From: Klebsormidium nitens
Taxonomy: Eukaryota > Plantae > Klebsormidiophyceae
DNA length: 64,000 bases
NCBI GenBank assembly: GCA_000708835.1
Contig: DF237032.1
Coordinates: 124,001-188,000, forward strand
Direction: 5' to 3'
The notes beneath the pieces are model-generated. The model was not told where the DNA came from. It saw nothing but the letters and a program-made list of their open reading frames with translations, and searched no databases. This document shows positions 24,790 through 36,848 of the stretch, in pieces. Both the position numbers and the translations under genes were made by a program. Each line of letters opens with the position of its first letter. The first letter of the stretch is position 1.

Positions 24790-27700
24790 GATCGTCATGT
24801 CAGCTCAGTATGATACAGTAGATGGTAGTCGTTGCTCAGTATGATACAGTAGATGGTACTCTTTTCGACAGTAAGTGCTCAGGAAGAATGAAACTTTCAA
24901 TTAACACTCTTCTCTTTGCCAAGTTGGTCGTGTATGTCAAGCAGGGTCACTCGCATCATTTTGCTCTGGTTGCTAACAGAACAGCTGCACGTTTTTGCAG
25001 GACTCGTCCATGTCACAATTAACGGAAGAACTTCCATTTTCGGAAGTGAGTCTCTGCGACTTGCTTTTGTTCAAGTGATGCTTCGAACTTTTGCTTTCAG
25101 CTTTCTGAGATGATGTAAGTGGTGATTCTCTGAGTACTTGACTTCTCCTTATAGTGTGTCCAAATTGACCTTGGACGAGCAGTACATAAGCTCTGGTTCT
25201 AAGCCTTCTCGTCAGGTTGCAGGATGAGGAAGAGGTGTTTGCCTGGGCTCTAAGACTGCCTTGAAGAACGCTCTGAGAAGAGGTGCGACTTGTTGCAGTG
25301 GTGGTTCCCAGGAAAGGAGGAGCGGCAAAAGGACGAGGTCGTTTTCCGACTAGTGGAGGTTGAAGTGAGGCATCAGTCAAGACTAAGGACAAGGCTTTGG
25401 CTTCTTATGTGAGGTACTTGAGGTTGTTGTGGTTAGCAGTAGGATCAAACCGGTCAGCTTAAACGGAGCAACAACTTCGAACACTCCATTCACTTGAGCC
25501 ATACTTTGAAAATCTTCGTCAACTACACGAGCTCAAAAATCGTAGTTTCTCGCTGTCCAAACAAAGTTACCGTGCATCTCGAGCATCCTGCCAGACCTTT
25601 CGCCATCTTGGTGTCAGCCTTTCTGCATTCGCTGCGTTTTGTGCAGGCTCTCGGCGCAACAAGTCGACAAGAAGCAATTATTTTCCTCATCAGTCTTCTT
25701 CAAACCTTTTGTGGTCGTTTCAAGTTAGCTTTGGTTCGCCCATATCAGCTGGTTGTGAACGCAATGGAGGTGAGTCCTAAAATTCAGCCACTCTTTCAGC
25801 TCCCTAAACCTGCCTTCCATTTGATTCATGCTCGCCCTTGCTGTGCCTGTAGCTCTGCAAAGACGCCGATCTTGTGCAGCTGACAGGATCTGCAGACAAA
25901 AATCGTCGCAAGACTCTTCTCAAGCAGAAGTGTGTGATGGTTCTTTTCTTCTTTGCAGCTCCACGCTGAGAGCGTCGTAAATGGTAAAAGGCTGGACGAT
26001 TATCAGACCATCGTGCCGGTCCTTCAAAAGGGTGGTTTACCACCTGACGCAGCATTCTTAATTGCTCTTGAATACGTCGGCATGCTATGCTGCAGAGCCC
26101 CGGACACGAAGAAGCCCCCGGCAATCCTGACAGGGGTATGACCCGTGATCTCAATAACGCGTCTAGCAACATCTGACTGAGAGGTTTCGTCGTAATTCGC
26201 TGCTGCCTTTGTCTTTCTTCTCCTTGCACCGTTTTCGGTGGATTCTTTGCTTGCGAGCCGCCGTAACATAAGGGACTACTCTCAGCGTGTCGCTTCGTTG
26301 AAGTCTTGCAGTTCGCCAACATTCTGTTGTCTACGAGCTCCGGCGCTGCACTTTCGTACAGCCTCCAGGAGGGGAGTGATCGTGAAATATATCTCTTGCT
26401 CGTCTAAGTAGTTAAGGCGCTCTTCTCGTTTCACAGGACGTGCATATAGGAAACCAGATTGCTCTGGCCTCTGTAATAACGGAAAAGCGCATAATCAGAT
26501 TTCCATCTTGATGACTGTGACCTTTATAATTGCAAACCGCTCAACTTCCGGACCAATTGCTCGTCTATTCAATAATGCTTATCCATCTTGTGACCTAGGT
26601 TGTGGCCGGTCTGCTCGAACAAGCTTCGGTGAGTCCCTCGTCTTCTCCATTGCTAATTTTATATGCGGCTGCGTACCGCATCACATCATTCACTTTAGTT
26701 CAGAGGATGGTGACATGCGAAACCAGTCAGGTTTGAACGAAGGTTGCGAGTCATTCTGCATGGACACCAGTCCATCTTTCTTTCTGACCTGCAAGTTATC
26801 AAGCGGACCTCCAAATCTGCGGCCTAGTTTTAGACGTGCAAGGTCGGTACTAACTCTCAGCCCGAAGTTTTCCTGTCCAGTTGGTGGACTTGAAGCACCA
26901 GTCAAAGCTCCTCGCTCAAGCGGAAGAGGAGAGCGAGGCAGCTGTGCCGGTGATTAGTGCTCACAAAGCAGCTGTGATCGGCAGGCTGCGGGAGCAGGTA
27001 CTGGTAAGGGCCCTGATGTCAGAGTAACCGTGCAGTTGAGGAGATAAGGGTGTCTCTTTGTTTGGTCGGCTTCAAATCTGATCAAGGAAACACCTTTCAA
27101 GAATCCGCAAGTGCAGGCATCGTGTGATCTTTTCATGTGCTTTGAATTCGGGTGCTGTGTGGAGGGTTCATCTCTTCCCCGAACAGTCTCTTCCAGCTTT
27201 TCGCGAAAGAGAATGTTTCATCTTCCGTCCCGCTTGGACGAAAACAGAGTTCTTGTTTTTCAGATATGTAGACGTCAAAGAATTCAATCATCAGAAGAGC
27301 GGGATCTTGTCTCCGGGGGGACTTCGACATTCACGAATGAACTTCTACATGTGAACGACGAAGTGATCAACAAGCTCATTCTGTACTTCCAGCCACCCTA
27401 GGAACAGAACTGTACTGGATTGACCAGCGTTTTTGAGTTTACTTCTGTAAACAGACTCTCGAGAAGTCTCGAATCGTGTTGAATCACGGCTACGTCATGC
27501 GAGGGGGGTGGCGTTGGTTTGGGGGTTTGGGGTGGGTACGTGTGCGGAGCATGATGACGTTGGGTCTAGTATTCTACTCTTTCGACTAATCTAAATAGGC
27601 CTAACCCAACATAATCTCGAGACTTACAGAAGCTCGAGGCGCGGGCGGTCGAGGCAGAGGCGAAGGTGCTCGAGCTGCAAGAAACGCTTCGGACCGCCCA

Positions 27701-27827
27701 AGCGCAGCTGGCAGAGCACGAGCTGCTCCCGAGAGAGAAACCGAAGAACCGCGGCCTCTGGGGAGCCTCGAAGCCCTTTGTTCCGAATGAAGTACCGGTA
27801 GTCGTTCAGCGTGTTTCACTCACTTGA
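24790..27827 (+). pseudogene. Uncharacterised multi-exon gene, probably degraded; C-terminal coiled coil
   Basis: Exon-like blocks with canonical splice sites: GLVHVTINGRTSIFG (~25001-25045), ALGATSRQEAIIFLISLL...NAME (~25648-25769), LHAESVVNGKRLDDY... (~25959) and last exon 27630-27827 (KLEARAVEAEAKVLELQETLRTAQAQLAEHE...*). An in-frame TGA (25361) and a 31-bp duplication disrupt the 5' part. The model is incomplete. Confidence 0.35.
24803..24858 (+). repeat. 25-bp direct repeat x2 (period 31)
   Basis: gctcagtatgatacagtagatggta at 24803-24827 and 24834-24858. Confidence 0.95.
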
Positions 27828-28836
27828 GTACCTGATTGAAAGCCTCCTGTAGAATAAGCCCTAGACGGCCTCAGAGTACAACAAAGGCCCTCTGCTAGGC
27901 AAAGCAGGAAGCGAAACGAGTCCGGAGGCGCAACTTCGGATCAGGGTACTATTTGGGTCAAAACGGGTCATTGTTGTCATAGAACGACTCTTCCTGGAGC
28001 CCGTGGCAGACATGCTGCCCTCTCAGAACCATTTGTGACTTTTCTGCTGGATCATTCCGACAGTAAGATACTTCTTATTTGAAGTATTGAGTAATTTCAC
28101 CTCAAGCGGGCCGACCTTCGATCACTGGCCTTGTGAATCCGTCGTTTCCAACTTGAGTTTCGAAACATGTGTTTTACTGGGGAAGAAAGGTGGCACGTGT
28201 TGGAATGTTCGCAAATTTCATTGAATGGCTGATGAAGCTGATCCTTCTCATGACTAGGCTTTGATCGACGGCCGCGGGCATATATGGGTCATGGACATGC
28301 AATGACGCGACGTACGGCGGCCATGGGTACCATATATATAAAAGCTAGCACTAGCTTTACCAAGCAATCTTGTTTCGACCCCCGGCCAATATATAGGCTT
28401 CATGCACTCGCGGCTTAGTAGCGTTAAATTTTTTGGGGACGGTGTCGGATATTTCCGGCCATGCATGCCTGAAAAATATAGCCGGTCATCATAATAATTT
28501 GGCACGCGCGAGTGACTGGCGCAGGCCACATGTATGAAATATCGATTTGCAAACACAACTTGGCTGAACTTCTCAATCACGTATAGCATGGGGCCGTTGC
28601 AATCGAGATTGCGTCATGGTCGCATAGAGCTTCAGTCACGAGTCTTCTTCATCCGGATTAGGCAATCGAACCACATGGTCGCCTGAAACAATGTTCTGCA
28701 TTGGCGGTGCATGAGTCGGATAGTGATGCTTTCAGAGCAGGAAATGCGGCGTTCCGAGCGTACTTGATGCAGCGGCACGCGTGCAATCGATTATTAGAAG
28801 CACCCTAATTGCTTGCCAATGTCGTAATATGGTGAC

Positions 28837-31800
28837 TCACTTCCGCTTGTATCGTTTCTTGCTTTTGAACGCTTTCCGCGGCTTCATATGCTCTTTCTTC
28901 TTCAGGCCGCCCGCCGGAGAGGGCCCGCCTGACCCCGCTCCCGACTCCTGGCCCCCTTCCTGCCCCTCCGGCCTAACCTTCTTCTTAACCTTCTTCCCTT
29001 TCACCCCTTTCATGGCTGCTACCTTTCGCGGGTCAAGCAAACCCGCCTCCTTCAGCTTCATGATCGACTTCGCGCCCTTCGCCTTCCGATACCCCACGTC
29101 GACCATCGACGTTTTTGGCGTATCGTCGTCTTGTTTCGATCTTTTCCGTTTCGGCTCGTCGACTTGACCGTCCATCTCCGCCTGGTCGTTTGCGATCTGC
29201 CGCTCCGCTTCCAACCGCCGCCGTTTCTTTCTGCATGATCCAAGTTCTTATTTCAGGCACCTCTCAAAACTGGGTTCTGCTCGAGATGTCTTACAGACCA
29301 CATAATGCAGACCTAAGTCTGCTTTTAGACCACTTTGCGGTCTAACCCACTCTTGATACGCCAACATACTACAGGAATCAGAGGGCAAAGGTGGCCAAAT
29401 ACCGAGGATCGGACATAGTGGCCCGTTCGCAAGCGCTATCTAAGGCGGAAGGAAGAAAGCAACGAAATACCACGGTCTCTCAGCACTGTCGCGACAACGA
29501 CGAGGAAACTGTTCGACATCGACGAAGAAACTGTTGTCTCAAAACAACGCTAGATAGCAAGACGAACGTCTTTTCCTTCTCGATTTCAGAACCACCGTAA
29601 CTCCAAAAGCCAGAAGAGCAACAGAAAATCACGGGTCTTACCTAGGCAGCCGCTTCTCCTTCTCCGCCTTCTTCTTCTCAAGCGCCCGCCGGTCCTTGGC
29701 GCTGAGCGCACTCTCGACCTGCTTTTCCCCACCTGCCCCGCCCTCCGCCGCCTTCTTCGCCGTTTCCGCCGCTTGTTTCCGGTCCTTGGGCGATTGAAAC
29801 CACGTCTTCGGTGGGCGCGAGTAGATCTCCGCCTCGTGCTCCACCATGTTGGACGCCTGGAGAGGCAAGCAACGCATAAGTTCGATTTATTTCTATCCGT
29901 GCTCCGCACCTAAAAGGACCCTCATCCCCAAGCCGACCCCACCCGTCCCAAGCTGACCTGATTATCCATAGACCTTATCATTCGTAAAATCGAGAGTTAT
30001 CAGGAACGTACCATCAGGTGACAATCATCGCTTCGTGCAGCGCGTTGAAGAGAACCGCAAGGGTGAAGTGCAGACCCTAGGGAGTCAGGGTATGTTGATT
30101 CTCAGGAATACACCATTGAGATCCGTGTTCAAGAACCCTGAGGATCTTTGAAAAATCCATTCCATTAACCATCTCGTAAGTTGCACAGATCAACCTGATG
30201 CATGACCTGCCAAAATCCTGACCCCCATTTTTCAACTTCGCTGACCATAACCCTCATCCAGCTGTTAACCCGAAATCAACACGCCTGCCTTCATTTGACA
30301 ACCTAACTTAGTGATCCTAACCCACCTTGTTAACCTCCATCTCGGCCTTCCTCAGCGCGCGCTCCTCCTGCTCCTCTTGCATCACCTCCCGAATGTCCTC
30401 TTCCAGCCGCTCAATCTGGTCGCGACACTTGGCAACAGCTGCTGCTGCCACCTGGCGGCTCCGCAGCGAGCGGCCCGCCTGCTTGACCACCGCCTTGAGC
30501 AGCGCACGGTCTTTCTCCGTGGCAAAAGTCACGGCGCATCCGTTTTGTCCCGCACGCGCGGTTCGCCCTACTCGGTGCACATACTTGGTTATATCCTGTA
30601 TGAAGAAAAAGAGAGTTCCGTTAAGACGGCTATGGTGGATCCAAACCCGGAGCGAAATGATGGGGCGCCCATTTTGGGAATTCGCCCCGTATTCGATACG
30701 TTTTGGGCAGAAAAAGGATTCCGGACGCACAGATTAGAAAAGACACTCACTTTCGCGACCCTCTTTGTGATCCATTGAGGCTTTGTGATTCCGGAATCCA
30801 GATCCAGGTCATGGGCTTCTTCACTTGCCCGTAAAACAACCAACAGGGCTCGTTCTTGATTTGTCGCAACCCACCAAAAGGTACGCAATGACCTCTCTTC
30901 TAAGTTTTAACATCAGGGGCCAGCGTCGACCGCAAAGAGAAGGACCTCGGGATTTGTACATCATGCCGACGTTACACTGCGCAATCCTTCGAAAGCTCTG
31001 ACCTCTCTTCTGCAGACAAAATAAGGGGTTAGCACTGATTGCTAAGAGGTGAATCTCGGGATTTCACATCATGCCGACGTTACACTGCTGCAATCCCTGG
31101 AAAGCACCGAAACCGAGTAGCAACCCGCCGGTTAATGCAAAACCTAACCCGTTGACACCCTGGTCTGCTCACCTTGGGGCAGTCGAAGTTGACAACTGTC
31201 TCCACGCCCATAATGTCCAGCCCGCGTGCGGCCACGTCAGTGCAGATGAGGTAATCGGCTTCCTGCTGACGAAAAGTCTCGAGCGCCTGTAGCCGCATCG
31301 CCTGGGTCAGGTTCCCATGGAGCTCCGCCGCGCGCAGGCCCGCCAAGCCAAACAGGATCTTCAGCCTGCGCAGCGAATTGCAGACGACGCTGTTAGTGGA
31401 GCTTCTACTTTCAGCGAACTTCCTTGCCAAAAGCTGCACTTCGTCCCCGAAACCGCGAGTTACCGAAGAGAAGCAGAGGAGTTAAGAAGGCGTATGTTTC
31501 AAGTGAAGGTGTCTCGATTAAAGCAGCTCGCCGAGCAAAGCGGAGCCCACAAGAATTACGAAGCCTAGCTTGTGGACTGTAAAAGACTGGCACTTTTCCT
31601 ATGAACCCGTTTTGGTCTACAGAACAACGTTTCCGAGCCATAGATTGCCCCGTCCCAACTGAAGAAGCGGCCGTAGAGGAGATAAAAGGCGACAGACAAG
31701 AGGACGGATGTATCGAAGCTTGCCACGAGGAATCCTTGAGTGATCCGTGTACGCGATCATTGCAGAACAGAAGACCATCCGGGAGATTGACGGACCGACG

Positions 31801-34800
31801 GACGCACTGCTATGGCTTGTTTGGCTTCGACTTAGACATACCATCATGTTTGGTTATCAGACCCACGCGATTCAGGAGACTGCCAGATGTAAAAAGACTG
31901 TGAAACGCTGCTGGGGCAACGACAGAAGCAGTACTCCTTTCTCCAGTCCCGGAGACTCAATTGTGGACGTAAGGACTGTTAAACTCCACAATCTGGTTCT
32001 AATGCGAACCCAACACGAGACGAGACAGTACGAAAAGTGAGTCAATTTAAACAAGCCGCTTTGCACAACTATCGACATAACAAGAAAAGCCTCAGACAGC
32101 GGTTGCCCGCGGGTTGTGCAGCACTACATACGGGTTGCTATAGCCCGAGGGTTCTCCCTGGTGATCCAGGGTTCGGGCCAACACCCAGCTGGCGCTTTCA
32201 AGGTCTGCATCATTGGCCATTCTTTGAAAATTCTTCGGTTAGCGGCCAGAATACTACCATCGACAAGCTGACGTAGTGCAAAAGGAGATTGTTGCTCGCG
32301 ATTTCGATGTTTGGGTGAACGTCTCAAGTCATATGTGCGCAACCTCTGCAAACTAAAAAGCCGACATAAGGAGAAGATGTCATTGCAGATCAGCGCGGGT
32401 GAACGGTAAGTGGCACTCTGCAGAGCCTGCACGAAAAGGCAACCGACGAACAAGATGGAAGACGCAGCAAGAGGACCAAAAAGCCCAGGACAAGTGTCGA
32501 AAGATAATAAGACTACTTCCGCCGGGTGCTCACCTATGCGCCTCTGACTTCGTTGCGCTAAAGATTATCGTTTTGCTGCGGAAGTTGCGTGTGCACAGCG
32601 CCAGCAGAAGTGCTTCCTTGTCGGCTTCCTGGCTGGGTTTCAGCTTAACCACCTCCTCTACCAGCGTCCCCGGGCGCCGTGTTTTCGGGTCAGCTGATAA
32701 CCGAACCGGGTTACGCAGCGACATGGTGATCAGCTGGTTAACCTCGTCGGTCATCGTGGCACTGCAAGGGAAGAGGGAACAGAATGAGCCGCAGCGCCAT
32801 TCCTGATATAATGGTGCAATTCCTCGAAGCTCACTGACGAAATGCTTTTCTTGCGTGATGAGCTCGGTCAACATGAACAGGACCTAGCAATACACTCTGT
32901 AGTATCCAAAAAGTATGGCAGATCTCGTTTCCCAAGGACGAGGGAAACTGTTCCAAAAGATATTACCAGACTACCAAAGAATTGAAGGCGCTGTTTCATC
33001 TTCCAGAAATCTACCAAGCAACTGTCAACCGCAGTGTCTTTATCGAGAGTCAGACCTCCCCCCCCATAGTGCACAATTTGAACTCGTCCCTCGTCCTACC
33101 CCTTGTTTGAGCATTCTGATACCAGATCCGTGAGCTTCGCCTACCTTACAGCTCTGTACTCTCAAGGTCGTGCCAATCACTGTCCTTGACCTTTTCGGAC
33201 AGCTTTGTAAACGAAGACAGCGGCTGCCCTCCCGACAGGATCTTTTTTCATGCTTCCCTTGATCTAATGAGCAGCATCCGCTCCTGTTTCAACGACTTTC
33301 TTCCTGATCACTACCAAGAAAGAGAACACCTGACTTCCGAAGACAAGCCCTGTTCAAAAGACGGCAGCCCCAGAGTCCCCTTCGAAAGTTTCGAACAGAC
33401 TAGTTGACCTCTCTTTTCAATTTCAATCATTCTACACTTGAAAGAACAAAAAAGTATAATCTTAAGGAGCATCTGCCGTCAATAATTATTTCTGCGTCAG
33501 TCTTTCTCAGAGGCTATGATTTCCACTCTAATCACAAGAGAAGAAACACCCTGCACTTCGAGTAATCAGTAGCGTCCGCTTCTACAGACAGGCAAGAATT
33601 TTCTTGACTTGATACAGGCATTCGCCTTTCCCATCTAGGCCTTTTGTGCGGTCCCCGTTCTACCCATGATAAAGAACTTGCCTTTTGCCTCTTTTTGAAC
33701 AATTAGCAGAATGTTCGGCATGCCCTTCGCCAAAAGCGCAGCGTCTGCCTTTCCTCAGTACAATTTCGGACGGTCTTTATGAACAGCCCTCACCTGAGAG
33801 CAGCGTCTGCCTCTTCCCCAGAAGATTCCGAACACTCTATATAAAATATCCCTCACCTGAAAAACCGCCTTTGCCTCTACTTCGAAAAATTCCAAACGTG
33901 ACCAGAAATCGGCACCCTCTTCCTAGAAGAAGGACTTTCGCAAAACCCCTCACCTGAAGAGCAGCGTCTGCCTCTTCTTCGGACAGTTCCGGACAATCTC
34001 CTTGACCTCGTCCACAAAGCCCATCTCCAGCAGACGGTCCGCCTCGTCCAGCACCAGGATCGCCAAATCCTCCAGCCCCACCGACTGTGTGTTGCGCACG
34101 TGATCGATGATGCGCCCGGGGGTTGCGACCACGACGTCGGGGTGCAGGCGCAGCGCCGTTTCTTGCACCTGAGCGCAGGATCAATATGGAATCTTAGTAG
34201 GTGGAAGCGTGTGACATACAAAAATAAAGAATGCACACCACTTAAATTGACCTGGGAAAGGAGACCATGAGGTCTGAAGTCTGAATCACGCGCCGTTCTG
34301 GCACAACTAAGGACAGGGTTGGTAAATCGCGCAGGACATGAAGCTGATCCTCCTGGATTACAAGGCAGCTATGCAACTTCGGAGCATGCGAGCAAAAACC
34401 GTGTTTGCAACTGGAGAACAGGCGACACGCCCTGGCCCACAAATGTGAACAATTTGAAGACTTCAAGGCTCGGAAGAGTGTTTTGTGGACTTCAGAGACG
34501 AAGCAGAAGGGAGACTCGAAGCATGATCCAGTAAATGGCTGTCTCCTCGATCCTGGTGCAGATACATAAACAAGAAGCCAATGACAATTCTGATTACAAT
34601 CAAACCCTGAATGGACAGAACCCAGAAGTGACCTTTGTGGTCGCTGATCGCCTGACTGAAAACGCTATCAGTCGCTTTGGCTGCCTTTCAAGCCTAGTCT
34701 TCAACGATGTCAACAATGCGATATATGAAAAAGGCCTCAGACAGCGGTTGCCCGCGGGTTGTGCGGCACTACATACGGGTTGCTATAGCCCGAGGGTTCT

Positions 34801-36270
34801 CCCTGGTGATCCAGGGTTCGGGCCAACACCCAGCTAGCGCTTTCAAGGTCTGCATCATTGGCTTTCATAGATCACCACCAGATTACTTCCGCGCACATTC
34901 GCAACTTTTTGAGCATCAAACAACCACCACATTGTCAGAATGAGGGGACACGAGTAGAAGAGGCGACACTTACAATGCAGGTCGCTTTTCTGCAAAAACA
35001 TAGTTTCCAAGATGGAAGAACAAACTTAAGCTCCGCAACCACCACCAGCCATCGACAATAAACTCATCTTAAATGTCACCAACACAATTTATTGGTGTCA
35101 AACTTTCACAACAAACAATCCACTATCTGACAATCCCCCCGCCCAGCAATCATGCTTGGAGAGCCCACGTCTGATTGAACAAGAGTCTTTTCAACCTGCT
35201 CTCAATATCCCAACTTGTACCACCACCCATCAAGCAGAAAGCCACATCAAAGTACAAGAAGATGACTAGAAACTCCCCTCTAAATCCCTCAAACCTAAAC
35301 CCTAAAACAGAAACCCTAATTGCTTGACACACATTGTAGACGCACAGGGACCCACCTTGTTTGACAATCCTCCCACCACCAGGCACGCCCTGATGTCCGT
35401 AAACTGCGCCAGCTTCTCAATCATCGAATGCACCTGAACTGCCAGCTCGCGCGTCGGCGTAAGAACCAGTACCCTGGTCGCGGGCACCCGGCGGGGGCGG
35501 TATAGTAACCTTTCTAAAATGGGCAGTGCGAACGCGGCCGTCTTGCCAGAGCCAGTGATTGCACTCCCGCAAATGTCGCGGCCAGTTAGTGCGAGGGGCA
35601 CACACGCTGACTGGATCGGCGTGGGCTTTTCGTAGCCCAGGGCTTGACAGGCTTTGAGCAACGGGCGGGAGATGTTGAGCTCGCCAAAAGAGCGCGCTGT
35701 GAAAGAGGCGCCCTCAGAGGATGAGAAGAAAGTACCCTTCGATGATGGCCCGCCCTCATTCGTCTCTGCTCTGCCATTCTTCCTTCTGACCTGTTTGTCT
35801 GGAAGAGCCGGCTTGCTACTCGTTGCCTCCGCATGAGACCGCGCGCGCGCCTTCTGCTCCCACTTCTCCTCCAGCTCATCGTTCTCGTCACTTGAATCCT
35901 CATCATCGCTGCTCTCCGCCTGCTCACTACCACCGCCTACACCATCATTACCATTCCCTTGTAAACCATTACCATTTGCCTCCAAAATCTCAGCCTCTTC
36001 CTCCTCTTCCTCTTCATCGCTCTCCTCCTCAATCTGGTCCTCTTCCTCTGACTCTTCCTTTGCCCCACCACCCGAATCCTTGAAACCACTTCCCCTCACA
36101 ATTGTCCTCCTCCGCAATTGCTCCCGGATCTTGTGATCGATGGACGTCGTCCTGTGCTGTGAATGCTCCTCATCCACCAGCTTGGCAGCATTGCCAAAGT
36201 CCCAAGGAGACTGCGCGGGGCGGGCTGGTGGTGCGTCATCGCCCAGGTCAAACACGAAAGAGGGATCCAT
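28837..36270 (-). CDS. DDX27: DEAD-box RNA helicase DDX27/DRS1/RH28-like (60S biogenesis), 7 exons
   Basis: Acidic N-terminus; Q motif GYEKPTPIQ; AITGSGKT, PTRELA, VATPGR, LVLDEADRLL, SAT, LHGNLTQAMR, TDVAARGLD, YVHRVGRTAR; EMEVNK-ASNM...RPPKTWFQ; basic end KAFKSKKRYKRK*. Confidence 0.95.
32089..32217 (-). ncRNA. Candidate intronic box C/D snoRNA-like RNA, copy A (DDX27 intron 3)
   Basis: Sense to host. Terminal stem gcc/ggc, box C-like ATGATGC (32213-32207), box D CTGA (32095-32092), internal hairpins. 127/129 identical to copy B, with unrelated flanks. Confidence 0.65.
34734..34862 (-). ncRNA. Candidate intronic box C/D snoRNA-like RNA, copy B (DDX27 intron 1)
   Basis: Same C/D boxes, terminal stem and hairpins as copy A; two substitutions. 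Confidence 0.65.
35291..35318. promoter_or_regulatory. Two telo-box motifs (AAACCCTA) plus a degenerate copy in DDX27 intron 1
   Basis: aaaccta-aacccta-aaacag-aaacccta; perfect AAACCCTA at 35297-35304 and 35311-35318. Confidence 0.5.
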
Positions 36271-36848
36271 TGCGACAGGGTGACTTTCCAGGAGCTCAAA
36301 TGTTCTCCTGTCAAAAAGTCACGGTACAACACCACCCATTATGATGACAACTCCCTTCTCAGACCAATTGTCAGGCGCCCCTCTTCCCCATTTGCTTCCC
36401 TGAAAGCCACTACTTTCAACACTTGAAGTTGTACAGATGACAAATGTTGTAGGCTTGAAGGAGCGGCAGGAAGGACGAATCCTTGGGGAAGCACTTCGAT
36501 TAAAGCAGGCCGAGTTCTCATTCCAGAAACATCGACTTTCAATCAACTTTGCTTTCTGAATTTGCCCAAACCAATGTTCAGAAACAGGTCCCCACTACTT
36601 CACCAGTTGGCACAAGATGTTCGGGCGCCTTTTGTGGTGCTGGCAATCTCCTCCGCCAAGCGCCAGCTTTTCAATGTCATTCATCTTGAGCTCTCCTCCG
36701 TCTTGATTGTGACCTGGAGGCCTTCTTGACGGCACTATTTCTTGCGAAGAGGCGCACATTACCGCAGCTTGTCAATTTGGTATCCAACTGAAACAGAAGT
36801 TGGGGCCCCTCTTACCCCAGGGCCAGAGAAGACACTCATAGCAGCACA
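36271..36848. promoter_or_regulatory. Divergent promoter region DDX27/RRP40
   Basis: Head-to-head ATGs at 36270(-) and 36849(+), 578 bp apart. Confidence 0.6.

Noticed and set aside
24803-24858. CRISPR-like repeat
   Set aside because: Only two copies with a 6-nt spacer in a eukaryotic genome with no cas genes; a simple tandem duplication.
25361-25363. In-frame TGA as selenocysteine
   Set aside because: The context is low-complexity Gly/Ser with no redox motif, and I found no SECIS; a nonsense mutation or mis-splicing is simpler.
28254-28589. 111-aa minus-strand ORF in the palindrome-rich tract
   Set aside because: No domain similarity or splice context; likely a chance ORF.
32089-32217. 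Identity as U14, U13, U11, 5S or a tRNA-derived SINE
   Set aside because: Lacks U14 domains A/B, the U13 18S-3' complement, an Sm site, Pol III A/B boxes, a poly(A) tail and target-site duplications, as far as I can see by eye.
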